From NCBI GenBank assembly GCA_045592485.1, contig JAZNUS010000037.1, positions 133-64,132 of the forward strand: 64,000 nucleotides of DNA, given 5' to 3'. This stretch comes from Clostridia bacterium (lineage in GTDB: Bacteria > Bacillota > Clostridia > UMGS1810). Position numbers and translations under genes: made by a program. A model generated the notes under the pieces. It was not told where the DNA came from. It was given only the letters and a program-made list of their open reading frames with translations, and did not search any database. Positions 39,754-48,294 of the stretch are shown here, piece after piece. Each line of letters starts with the position of its first letter. Within the stretch, counting starts at the first letter, position 1.

Positions 39754-40926
39754 TTAATCAATACAGGAATACACCACATTGCGAAGCCGCGGCTGATAAC
39801 AGGCTTCCTGAGGATTGAGCATGTGATGAGCATAGGCTACACCGAGCCTCAGATCGGTGTCTACAAGAAGAGTGGCACCTGCTGCACCGCCCCACCCAAA
39901 CTCACCGATTGATCCGTTGGAGCCGCCTGTTGCTTTGTTTACGAGAGTGCGCACACCAAGGCCGTAGTTATAGCCCCTGAATTGCTGCCAGCAAAATGTT
40001 TTTGACTGCTCCGGCGAAAGCTGGGGTGTTTTTATGAGGTCGATTGTGTGAGAACTTAAAATGCGCTCGCCGCTTTTTCCGACACCGCCGCAGGCAAGGG
40101 CATTTGCAAATTTACCGTAGTCAGAAACCGTGGTTGTTATTCCGGCTCCGCCACTGTCATATTCACAGCCTAAAACATGAGAAACTTTTTTGCCCACATT
40201 TTCAACATATCCGTTTTCAGATGAAACAAGACCCGACTGAAGCTTAACAATGTCACTTTCTTCTTTGGAAACAAAATTATACTGTTGTGCCATTTTGTCG
40301 GTAACATCGTCGTTATGATACACAGAATCATTCATGCCAAGGGGTTCAAAAATGTTTTCTTTAACATAGTCTCTGAACCTTTTGCCTGATACAGCCTCTA
40401 CAAAACCCGCAAGAACATCGTGGCAAAGGCTGTAGTTCCAACGCTCTCCCGGCTCAAAAATGAGAGGATCGGAAGCGATGCATTTTGCCACTGTCAGGGT
40501 GTCCATTTTTCCATTTGTAAGTTCTCTTGCTTTTTTAAACGCCTCCGTTTCAAAATTGTAGGTAAGACCTGCAGTCATAGTGAAAAGATTCCACAGTGTA
40601 ATGGGATTGCATGCCTTTACCAGGTCTCCCGATTCTGTTTTTAAATACATTTCACGATACTCGGGGATATATTCATAAAGAGGATCGGAAAGCAGAAACT
40701 TGCCCTTTTCAAAAAGCTGCATTGCGGCAACAACGGTTACCGGTTTTGAACAGGAATAAAGATTAACAAGCTCATTTCCATTCATGGGAATTTTATTCTC
40801 AATATCGGAATATCCGGAGCTGTATTTGAATACACATTCATTGTCCTTGTAAACAAAAACTGTGTTTCCGGGAATAATCCATGAAGTGAGGCTGTCCATA
40901 AAATCTTTAAGCTTACTGAAATTCAT
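39754..40926 (-). CDS. Serine hydrolase of the class C beta-lactamase / esterase family
   Basis: 390 aa with SxxK motif SCSKPV and no signal peptide. Confidence 0.7.
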   Translation of the reverse strand: MNFSKLKDFMDSLTSWIIPGNTVFVYKDNECVFKYSSGYSDIENKIPMNGNELVNLYSCSKPVTVVAAMQLFEKGKFLLSDPLYEYIPEYREMYLKTESGDLVKACNPITLWNLFTMTAGLTYNFETEAFKKARELTNGKMDTLTVAKCIASDPLIFEPGERWNYSLCHDVLAGFVEAVSGKRFRDYVKENIFEPLGMNDSVYHNDDVTDKMAQQYNFVSKEESDIVKLQSGLVSSENGYVENVGKKVSHVLGCEYDSGGAGITTTVSDYGKFANALACGGVGKSGERILSSHTIDLIKTPQLSPEQSKTFCWQQFRGYNYGLGVRTLVNKATGGSNGSIGEFGWGGAAGATLLVDTDLRLGVAYAHHMLNPQEACYQPRLRNVVYSCID

Positions 40927-40946
40927 ATTAAAAATCCTTTCTGATT

Positions 40947-40975
40947 TACAATTTACTTATGTACAATTTACTTAT
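40947..40975. repeat. Tandem direct repeat, 2 x TACAATTTACTTAT separated by 1 nt
   Basis: Read at 40947-40960 and 40962-40975, in the divergent spacer just upstream of the serine hydrolase start (40926). Confidence 0.8.
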
Positions 40976-41133
40976 ATAATGTTGAATTATAACAAAAACA
41001 GCCGTTTTTTTCAAGTTAATTTTAAAATATCAATTGCTAAACCATTGACATTTTGACACAAAGGTCTTATTCTTATAGTGGGGGCTTTTTGACAACCTGA
41101 AAGCAAAAACTTAATCAGTCAAGGAGGATATAT

Positions 41134-42549
41134 ATGAGAAAAACAAAAGTTATCTGCACAATTGGTCCGGCGTGTGAAGACGAACAGATTCTGACACAAA
41201 TGTGCCTTGAAGGTATGAACGTTGCAAGACTGAACTTTTCCCACGGAACCCACGAAGAACATCAGAGAAAATTTGATATGATTAAATCTGTCCGCGAAAA
41301 GCTCGGACTTCCCATTGCCATAATGCTTGATACCAAAGGTCCTGAATATCGTATAAAAACCTTTGAAAATAAAAAAATCACCCTTTCCGAAGGGGACACT
41401 TTTACATTTACCACAAAGGACCTTGTGGGAAACAGTGAATTTGTTTCTGTGAACTACGAGCATCTCACAGAAGATCTGACAGTGGGTGATACAATCACTG
41501 TCAACAATGGGCTTGTTATTTTCGAAGTTAAAAAAATTGACGGTGCCGATGCCGTATGCAGGGTTGTTGTTGGCGGAGAGCTTTCCGACAGAAAAAGTAT
41601 GCATTTTCCCGGAATTGTGATGAAGCACGAGTTTCTCAGTGAGCAAGATAAACAGGATTTGCTTTTCGGCATAAAAAATGATGTTGATTTTGTTGCTGCA
41701 TCATTTGTATCCAAGAAAAATGATGTTGAAGACATAAGAGCCTTTCTCGATGCAAACGGCGGTAAGGAAATCGACATTATAGCCAAAATCGAAAACCGTT
41801 CCGGAGTTGATAACATCGAGGAAATTTGCGAGATTGCAGATGGAATCATGATAGCCAGGGGTGACCTGGGGGTTGAAATTCCTTTCATAGAAGTTCCTGC
41901 AATTCAAAAATATCTGATAAACAAGTGCCGTCTTCTCGGAACAAGGGTTATTACTGCCACCGAAATGCTTGAATCCATGATATACAATCCCCGCCCCACA
42001 AGAGCTGAGCTTTCCGATGTGGCAAATGCTGTGTATGACGGTTCCTCGGCAATTATGCTCTCAGGCGAAACCGCATCGGGAAAATATCCTGTTCAGGCAG
42101 TTAAGAACATGGTAGAAATTGCAGAATTTACTGAAAAGAAAATAAATTATGTGGGCAGATTCAAATCAACTCAATTTGAAATCAAAAGCAATCTTGATGC
42201 ACTTTCCCACTCCACCTGTTCAATGGCAATTGACCTGAATGCCAAGTGTATTGTTGTAAATTCCATCAGCGGACGCACCGCACGAATGGTAAGCCGTTTC
42301 AGATGTCCTGTGGATATTCTTGGCACGACAACCTCTGAAAAGGTGTGGCGCAAGTTGAATCTCAGCTGGGGTGTAAAGCCTGAGCTATGCGAAGAATTTT
42401 CTTCTGTTGAGGTTATGTTCTACAGTGCACTCAAGCAGGCCAAAAAAGCTTTTAATCTTGAAAAAGACGATAATGTTGTTCTCACAGGAGGTCAAATCAA
42501 CGGTAAATCCGGAAATTCAAATATCATTAAAATAGAAACAATCAATTGA
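41134..42549 (+). CDS. pyk: Pyruvate kinase
   Basis: 471 aa starting MRKTKVICTIGPA, with MNVARLNFSHG and MIARGDLGVEIP. AAGGAGG RBS. Confidence 0.96.
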   Translation: MRKTKVICTIGPACEDEQILTQMCLEGMNVARLNFSHGTHEEHQRKFDMIKSVREKLGLPIAIMLDTKGPEYRIKTFENKKITLSEGDTFTFTTKDLVGNSEFVSVNYEHLTEDLTVGDTITVNNGLVIFEVKKIDGADAVCRVVVGGELSDRKSMHFPGIVMKHEFLSEQDKQDLLFGIKNDVDFVAASFVSKKNDVEDIRAFLDANGGKEIDIIAKIENRSGVDNIEEICEIADGIMIARGDLGVEIPFIEVPAIQKYLINKCRLLGTRVITATEMLESMIYNPRPTRAELSDVANAVYDGSSAIMLSGETASGKYPVQAVKNMVEIAEFTEKKINYVGRFKSTQFEIKSNLDALSHSTCSMAIDLNAKCIVVNSISGRTARMVSRFRCPVDILGTTTSEKVWRKLNLSWGVKPELCEEFSSVEVMFYSALKQAKKAFNLEKDDNVVLTGGQINGKSGNSNIIKIETIN

Positions 42550-42566
42550 TATGAAAGGTGTTTGCA

Positions 42567-43097
42567 ATGAAATCAACAATTGTTATTTACAAATCAAAAT
42601 ATGGCTCTACGGAGCAATATGCCCGTTGGATTGGTGAGGAGCTCGGATGTGAAGTGCGTGAATCAAAAAGTGTTAAAGCCGACGAACTTTCCGACTTTGA
42701 AAACATAGTTTGCGGCGGCGGTCTTTATGCTGAAATCATTGCCGGAGCAAGCATTATAACCAAAAACATTGACAAGCTGAGAGACAAAAAAATTGCCATT
42801 TTCACCACCGGAATCACTCCTCCGGACTGTCGGCAATATTATGACGGCGAAGTGATTGAAAAGAATTTCAAATTGGGTGTTCCCGAAAATGTAAAGCTTT
42901 TTAACTTTCCGGGCAAAATGATTCTGGAAGAGCTTTCAACACCTCACCGCCTTGCAATCAAGGCACTCAAAAAAATTATGGGAGCAAAAGAAAATCCCAC
43001 AGACATGGAAAAGCTTCTGCTGGAGCTTTGTGACACCTATGGTGATTTTACGGACAAAAAAATGATTTATCCTCTTGTTGAATACATAAGAAAATAA
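42567..43097 (+). CDS. Flavodoxin-domain protein
   Basis: About 176 aa starting MKSTIVIYKSKYGSTEQYA. ATG 42567 lies 6 nt after GAAAGGTG. Confidence 0.6.
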   Translation: MKSTIVIYKSKYGSTEQYARWIGEELGCEVRESKSVKADELSDFENIVCGGGLYAEIIAGASIITKNIDKLRDKKIAIFTTGITPPDCRQYYDGEVIEKNFKLGVPENVKLFNFPGKMILEELSTPHRLAIKALKKIMGAKENPTDMEKLLLELCDTYGDFTDKKMIYPLVEYIRK

Positions 43098-43101
43098 ATT
43101 C

Positions 43102-43146
43102 AAAGGGCGTTACCTCAATTAATTGAGACACGCCCTTTATTTTTAT
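43102..43146. terminator. Bidirectional terminator between the flavodoxin-like gene and rpsR
   Basis: AAAGGGCGT...ACGCCCTTT with an inner CTCAATT/AATTGAG stem and T-runs on both sides. Confidence 0.8.
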
Positions 43147-43382
43147 TATTCAGCTGTGAAAGGAAGAAGAGCGATGTGTCTTGCTCTCTTGATAGCTACA
43201 GTAAGCTGTCTCTGATGTTTAGCACAGTTACCGCTGATTCTTCTGGGGAGAATCTTAGCTCTTTCGGAAACATATCTTCTGAGCTTTGCTATATCCTTGT
43301 AATCGATTTCCTGAATTTTATCTGCACAGAAAGCACAAACTTTTCTTTTGGGTTTTCTGCGGAAGCTTTTTTCTTCAGCCAT
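43146..43382 (-). CDS. rpsR: 30S ribosomal protein S18
   Basis: 78 aa with KVCAFCADK...DYKD...[21 protein letters not shown]. Confidence 0.96.
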   Translation of the reverse strand: MAEEKSFRRKPKRKVCAFCADKIQEIDYKDIAKLRRYVSERAKILPRRISGNCAKHQRQLTVAIKRARHIALLPFTAE

Positions 43383-43403
43383 TTCTATTACCTCCTTTTA
43401 ATT

Positions 43404-43850
43404 TTAGAAGGGCAGGTCATCATCTGCAGCGGGCATCGGCATAAAACCGTCATTTGCATCAAATGAGGGCATTGCCGGAGCACTTGCCTGACCGGAAACA
43501 TTGCCTGAGGGCTGGAAAGCATCGCCGCCGGAAGCCTTGGAGTCTACGAAATGAATTTCGTCGGCTGCAACTTCGGTAACATAAACTCTCACGCCGTCTT
43601 TATTGTCATAGTTTCTTGTCTGGATACTGCCAATTACACCTACCATGCGTCCTTTAGCAAAATATTTTGCTAAAAATTCTGCCTGCTGTCTCCATGCTAC
43701 GCAATTGATGAAATCTGCATCATAATTGCCTTCTGCATTTTTGAAGCGTCTGTTAACAGCAATTGAAAAGCTGCAAACACTAACGCCGCCGGCAGTTGTT
43801 CTGAGTTCGGGATCTCTTGTGAGACGCCCCACGAGAATTGCCTTATTCAT
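43404..43850 (-). CDS. ssb: Single-stranded DNA-binding protein
   Basis: OB fold starting MNKAILVGRLTRDPELR, with an acidic tail DDDLPF. Confidence 0.95.
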   Translation of the reverse strand: MNKAILVGRLTRDPELRTTAGGVSVCSFSIAVNRRFKNAEGNYDADFINCVAWRQQAEFLAKYFAKGRMVGVIGSIQTRNYDNKDGVRVYVTEVAADEIHFVDSKASGGDAFQPSGNVSGQASAPAMPSFDANDGFMPMPAADDDLPF

Positions 43851-43868
43851 AACAAATCACCTCTCAAA

Positions 43869-44159
43869 TTACTTTCTGATAACGATTGTTCTGAGTATAC
43901 CATCGGTGATGTTATAAACTCTTTCGAGTTCTGCAACAAATTCTGCCTCACTTGCAAAATTAACCAAAACATAATAACCTTCTGTTTTGTAGTCAATTTC
44001 ATATGCAAGGCGTCTTTTGCCCCATACGTCAACAGATTCTACAGTACCGTTAGCAGCGATCATAGCCTGGAACTTTTCAGAAATAGCTGTGATCTGGTCT
44101 TCCGGTAAGGACGCATCGATAACAAAAATAGTTTCATACTTGTTGATAACATTTGTCAT
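43869..44159 (-). CDS. rpsF: 30S ribosomal protein S6
   Basis: 96 aa with YETIFVI...WGKRRLAYEI. Confidence 0.95.
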   Translation of the reverse strand: MTNVINKYETIFVIDASLPEDQITAISEKFQAMIAANGTVESVDVWGKRRLAYEIDYKTEGYYVLVNFASEAEFVAELERVYNITDGILRTIVIRK

Positions 44160-44206
44160 AATGTTTCACCTCCTTGTGGACTATGGCCCCGAAAATCGGA
44201 GCAAGG

Positions 44207-44224
44207 AACCCAAAATTTTGGGTT
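44207..44224 (-). promoter_or_regulatory. 18-nt perfect palindrome in the rpsF 5' leader (possible S6:S18 autoregulatory hairpin)
   Basis: AACCCAAAATTTTGGGTT lies between the promoter and the rpsF RBS. Confidence 0.35.
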
Positions 44225-44257
44225 ACTGACAATATCGACCTTTTAATCAGCCTGTTT

Positions 44258-44286
44258 ATTATAATGGAACAAGCTTAATTTGTCAA
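44258..44286 (-). promoter_or_regulatory. Consensus SigA promoter of rpsF-ssb-rpsR
   Basis: On the minus strand: TTGACA, 17 nt, TATAAT. Confidence 0.7.
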
Positions 44287-44407
44287 GTCTTTTTTATGTT
44301 TTTATACATTAAAGTCACCAAAGCATTGCTTAAAAAGGCTTTAGTTGTGAATTTATACAGAGAAAAATGCTCCGCCATAACGGAGGAGCATTTTCGAACA
44401 CTTTTTA

Positions 44408-44704
44408 TCAGTCTTCAAAATCCTGCTCAGCAAGCCAAGCCTCGAAGCTATCTGCTGCAGCATTGTATTCATCGTCATCCTCGATGTCGGAAAGCTCGGG
44501 ACCGTCTTCCCCTTCTGCATAAGCATAGAGGAACACTTCATCATCTTCGATGCCGTCTGCTTCTTCCATGGGAAGAAGGGCAACATAGCTTCTATCGCTT
44601 ACATCAAACACTGTGAGCACTGCACATTCGAGAGTTGAGCCGTCGTCTAAGGTAAGCTCAACAGCTACATAGCTGTCATCTGAAGCATAATTTTTATCTG
44701 CCAT
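44408..44704 (-). CDS. Small acidic DUF1292-like protein
   Basis: 98 aa, highly acidic, with the pattern ...YVALLPMEE.... Confidence 0.55.
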   Translation of the reverse strand: MADKNYASDDSYVAVELTLDDGSTLECAVLTVFDVSDRSYVALLPMEEADGIEDDEVFLYAYAEGEDGPELSDIEDDDEYNAAADSFEAWLAEQDFED

Positions 44705-44727
44705 AATTTTTTAAATCTCCTGTCTGA

Positions 44728-47700
44728 TTATATTTTTTCAACACCGATTTTTACCTTTTCGCCGTTAATGTTCCATTCCCTGGCATTTGCAAAATCTGTG
44801 TTCGAGAGAACATCATCTGCAAGAACCTCTTCTTTGATGAAGTCTTTGTTTTCTTCCATAATTGCATCGATTTTGCCGTTGCCGAAGGTATAGACCTTAA
44901 TGTGGTCCATAACCTCAAATCCGGAATCCTTACGCATTGTCTGGATTTTGGAAATGATTTCTCTCACAAAGCCTTCTTTGATAAGCTCTTCGGAAAGGCG
45001 GGTGTCGAGAACAACTGTGATTCCGTTGTCACTCTCCGATGCAAAGCCTTCAACCTGGGCGGCAGTTATGAGAAGGTCTTCTTTTGTAAGCTCAACTCCA
45101 TTGCCGTCAAAGTCAAATTTAAGGGCGCCGTTTGCTTCAAGCTCGTCCATTGCGGCATTGCCGTCAACAGATGCCAGTGCTTTCTGAATCTGACCGAGGA
45201 ATTTGCCGTATTTTGGACCCACGGTTCTGAGCTGAGGCTTGAAGCTGTAGGTTGTGCATTCTTTAACATCGTCTGTAAATTCAACAGCCTTTACATTAAG
45301 CTCGTCGGCAATGATGTCGGCAAAGAATTTGTCAAGGGCAAATTCTGCTTTAACATACATTTTGCCAATGGGCTGACGGTTTTTGATGCCCGATGCATTT
45401 CTTGCGGCACGGCCGAGGACAACCACATCGAGAACCTTTTCCATATTGGCTTCAAGGTCTGAATCCATAAAGCTTTCATCATATGCAGGGAAATCGCAAA
45501 GGTGAATACTTTCGGGAGCCGTCTTGTCAATTGAGCAAACAAGATTTCTGTAAATATCTTCTGCCATGAAGGGAATCATGGGAGCGGAAATTTTTGCAAG
45601 AGTTACAAGCACTGTGTAGAGTGTCATGTAGGCATTGATTTTGTCCTGAGGCATATCCTTCTGCCAGAAACGCTCACGGCTTCTTCTTACATACCAGTTG
45701 GAAAGCTCATCCACGAAGCTCTGAAGTATTCTTGCAGTTTCGGTAATCTTGTAGTTTTCAAGATTCTCGTCAACCTGCTTAACCAAAGTGTTGAGCTTTG
45801 AAAGCATCCATTTGTCAAGCACGCTGAGCTTGTCTTTTTCAAGGCTATATTTTGTTGCATCGAATTTGTCGATGTTTGCATAAAGCACGAAGAATGCATA
45901 GGTGTTCCAGAGTGTTCCCATGAACTTTCTCTGTCCTTCAACAACCGCACCCTTGTGGAAACGGTTGGGAAGCCAGGGAGCGGAGTTGGAGTAGAAATAC
46001 CATCTGATGGCATCTGCACCATGCTCTGCGAGAGCATCAAAGGGATCAACTGCGTTGCCCTTTGATTTGGACATCTTCTGACCGTTTTCGTCCTGAACAT
46101 GACCGAGAACGATAACATTTTTGTAGGGAGCTTTGTTGAAGATGAGAGTTGAAATTGCAAGAAGTGAATAGAACCAACCTCTTGTCTGGTCAACTGCTTC
46201 ACTGATGAAGTTTGCAGGGAAGTTATCTTCAAAGATTTCTTTATTTTCAAAGGGATAGTGCCACTGTGCAAAGGGCATTGCACCGGAGTCGAACCAGCAG
46301 TCGATAACCTCGGAAACTCTGTGCATTTCGCCTCCGCAGTCGGGGCATTTAATGGTAACTGCATCGATGTAGGGGCGGTGAAGCTCAATTTCCTCGGGGC
46401 AGTTGTCGCTCATTGATTTGAGCTCTTCAATGGAACCGATGGCATGGCGTTTTCCGCAGGAGCATTCCCAGATGTTGAGGGGTGTTCCCCAATATCTGTC
46501 ACGGCTCACGCCCCAATCCTGAACATTTTTCAGCCAGTCGCCGAATCTGCCTGTGCCGATTGATTCGGGAATCCAGTTGATTGTGTTGTTGTTGCGGATA
46601 AGGTCATCACGGACTGCTGTCATTTTGATGAACCAGCTTTCTCTTGCATAGTAGATAAGCGGTGTGTCACATCTCCAGCAGAAGGGATAATCGTGCTCGA
46701 ATTTGGGTGCGTCAAAGAGAAGGCCTCTTGATTCAAGGTCCCCCAAAACCTTCGGGTCTGCATCCTTAACGAAGAGTCCTGCAAAGGGAGTTTCTTCGGT
46801 AAGGTTACCCTGAGCATCTACAAACTGAACAAAGGGAAGGTCATATTTTCTGCCAACCTGGGCATCGTCTTCACCAAATGCAGGTGCAATGTGAACGATA
46901 CCTGTACCGTCGGACATTGTTACATAGCTGTCGCAGGTTACAAAGTGACCTTTTTTGCCCTGTTTTTCGCAAGGCGCCTTCTGGCATTCAAAGAGAGGTT
47001 CATATTCCTTGTATTCAAGGTCTGAGCCTTTGTACTGTTCGAGAATTTCATAAGCATTGCCATCTTCGGAAAGTCCACCGAGAACCTTGTCAAGAAGAGC
47101 ATTCGCCATGTAGTAGGTGTAGCCGTCGGCAGCTTTAACCTTGCAATAATCATCATCGGGGTTCACACAAAGAGCCACATTGGAAGGAAGTGTCCAGGGG
47201 GTGGTTGTCCATGCAAGGAAATATGCGTCTTCGCCAACAAGCTTGAAACGGACAACTGCAGAGCGTTCCTTAACATTTTTGTAGCCTTGAGCCACTTCGT
47301 GGGAAGAAAGAGGAGTTCCGCAACGGGGGCAGTAAGGAACAATTTTGAAGCCTTTGTAGAGAAGACCTTTGTCCCATATCTGCTTAAGAGCCCACCATTC
47401 GGATTCTATAAATTCGTTGTGGTATGTAACATAGGGATCGTCCATGTCTGCCCAGAAGCCGACTGTTCCGGAGAAATCCTCCCACATACCCTTGTATTTC
47501 CAAACACTTTCCTTACATTTTGTTATGAAGGGTTCGAGACCGTACTCTTCAATCTGTTCCTTGCCGTCGAGACCGAGAAGCTTTTCAACTTCAAGTTCAA
47601 CAGGAAGACCGTGAGTATCCCAGCCTGCTTTTCTGAGAACCTTGTAGCCTTTCATTGTGCGGTAACGGGGAATCATATCCTTGATTACTCGTGTTAAAAC

Positions 47701-47874
47701 ATGACCGATATGAGGTTTGCCGTTAGCTGTTGGGGGACCGTCGTAGAAGGTATAGGTTTCGCCTTCCTTGCGGCTGTCGATGCTCTTTTGGAAAATGTTG
47801 TTTTCTTTCCAGAAGCTTTCGATTTGTTTTTCTCTCTCAACAAAGTTGAGATTGGTGTCAACCTTATTATACAT
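44728..47874 (-). CDS. ileS: Isoleucine--tRNA ligase (long, type-2-like form)
   Basis: About 1048 aa with HIGH (KPHIGHV) and KMSKS motifs. ATG 47874 lies 10 nt after AGGAGG; the ORF-track start at 47895 contains the RBS. Confidence 0.95.
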   Translation of the reverse strand: MYNKVDTNLNFVEREKQIESFWKENNIFQKSIDSRKEGETYTFYDGPPTANGKPHIGHVLTRVIKDMIPRYRTMKGYKVLRKAGWDTHGLPVELEVEKLLGLDGKEQIEEYGLEPFITKCKESVWKYKGMWEDFSGTVGFWADMDDPYVTYHNEFIESEWWALKQIWDKGLLYKGFKIVPYCPRCGTPLSSHEVAQGYKNVKERSAVVRFKLVGEDAYFLAWTTTPWTLPSNVALCVNPDDDYCKVKAADGYTYYMANALLDKVLGGLSEDGNAYEILEQYKGSDLEYKEYEPLFECQKAPCEKQGKKGHFVTCDSYVTMSDGTGIVHIAPAFGEDDAQVGRKYDLPFVQFVDAQGNLTEETPFAGLFVKDADPKVLGDLESRGLLFDAPKFEHDYPFCWRCDTPLIYYARESWFIKMTAVRDDLIRNNNTINWIPESIGTGRFGDWLKNVQDWGVSRDRYWGTPLNIWECSCGKRHAIGSIEELKSMSDNCPEEIELHRPYIDAVTIKCPDCGGEMHRVSEVIDCWFDSGAMPFAQWHYPFENKEIFEDNFPANFISEAVDQTRGWFYSLLAISTLIFNKAPYKNVIVLGHVQDENGQKMSKSKGNAVDPFDALAEHGADAIRWYFYSNSAPWLPNRFHKGAVVEGQRKFMGTLWNTYAFFVLYANIDKFDATKYSLEKDKLSVLDKWMLSKLNTLVKQVDENLENYKITETARILQSFVDELSNWYVRRSRERFWQKDMPQDKINAYMTLYTVLVTLAKISAPMIPFMAEDIYRNLVCSIDKTAPESIHLCDFPAYDESFMDSDLEANMEKVLDVVVLGRAARNASGIKNRQPIGKMYVKAEFALDKFFADIIADELNVKAVEFTDDVKECTTYSFKPQLRTVGPKYGKFLGQIQKALASVDGNAAMDELEANGALKFDFDGNGVELTKEDLLITAAQVEGFASESDNGITVVLDTRLSEELIKEGFVREIISKIQTMRKDSGFEVMDHIKVYTFGNGKIDAIMEENKDFIKEEVLADDVLSNTDFANAREWNINGEKVKIGVEKI

Positions 47875-47929
47875 ATTAATAATGCCTCCTGACATCTGTA
47901 TTGCATAAATCTACTATTATAACTTATAC

Positions 47930-47958
47930 ATTATATACCATAAGCCGTGTTTTGTCAA
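47930..47958 (-). promoter_or_regulatory. Consensus SigA promoter of ileS
   Basis: On the minus strand: TTGACA, 17 nt, TATAAT. This leaves only a leader of about 50 nt. Confidence 0.7.
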
Positions 47959-47986
47959 CCGCTTTCGGGGAATATGTTTAGCAGAA

Positions 47987-48210
47987 GGAATAAATCGGGG
48001 GTTGTCGCTCTGTTTAGCACTAGGGCGAAAGGCTCCCCTGCCTAAGGGGAGCTGGCAGTGAGCATAGCGAAACTGACTGAGGGGTATTGCTGAAAGTATT
48101 GATATCTTTGCATTTCGTACCCCTCCGTCTTTGCCTGACGGCAAATCCACCTCCCCTTAGGCAGGGGCGGCTTTCGCTTCAGCCCAATTTCAAACACCCC
48201 GATAAATTCC
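47987..48210. repeat. 224-bp imperfect palindromic intergenic element (two diverged ~110-nt arms, inverted around GATATC)
   Basis: The arms share GGAAT(A/T)(A/T)ATCGGGG, GCGAAAG.C.CCCCTGCCTAAGGGGAG.TGG and GAGGGGTA blocks in inverted orientation. The centre is at 48101-48106. Confidence 0.8.
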
Positions 48211-48224
48211 AATTTAAAATCAAA

Positions 48225-48269
48225 CCGCAAAAAAACTGCAAAAACCCCTTACGGAATTTTTGCAGTTTT
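48225..48269 (-). terminator. Terminator after pheT
   Basis: AAAACTGCAAAAA...TTTTTGCAGTTTT, with TTTTTTTGCGG following on the minus strand. Confidence 0.8.
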
Positions 48270-48294
48270 AATTTAATAGTTTTAATAATTACAA

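Noticed and set aside
41119-41646. 175-aa minus-strand ORF
   Set aside because: It overlaps the 5' third of pyk on the opposite strand, and pyk is unambiguous.
45687-46388. 233-aa minus-strand ORF in an alternative frame
   Set aside because: It is out of frame inside ileS, and the ileS frame carries the HIGH/KMSKS motifs.
47896-48294. T-box leader for ileS
   Set aside because: I looked for the conserved T-box 14-mer and a terminator/antiterminator pair on the minus strand. None was found, and the promoter sits only about 55 nt from the start codon.
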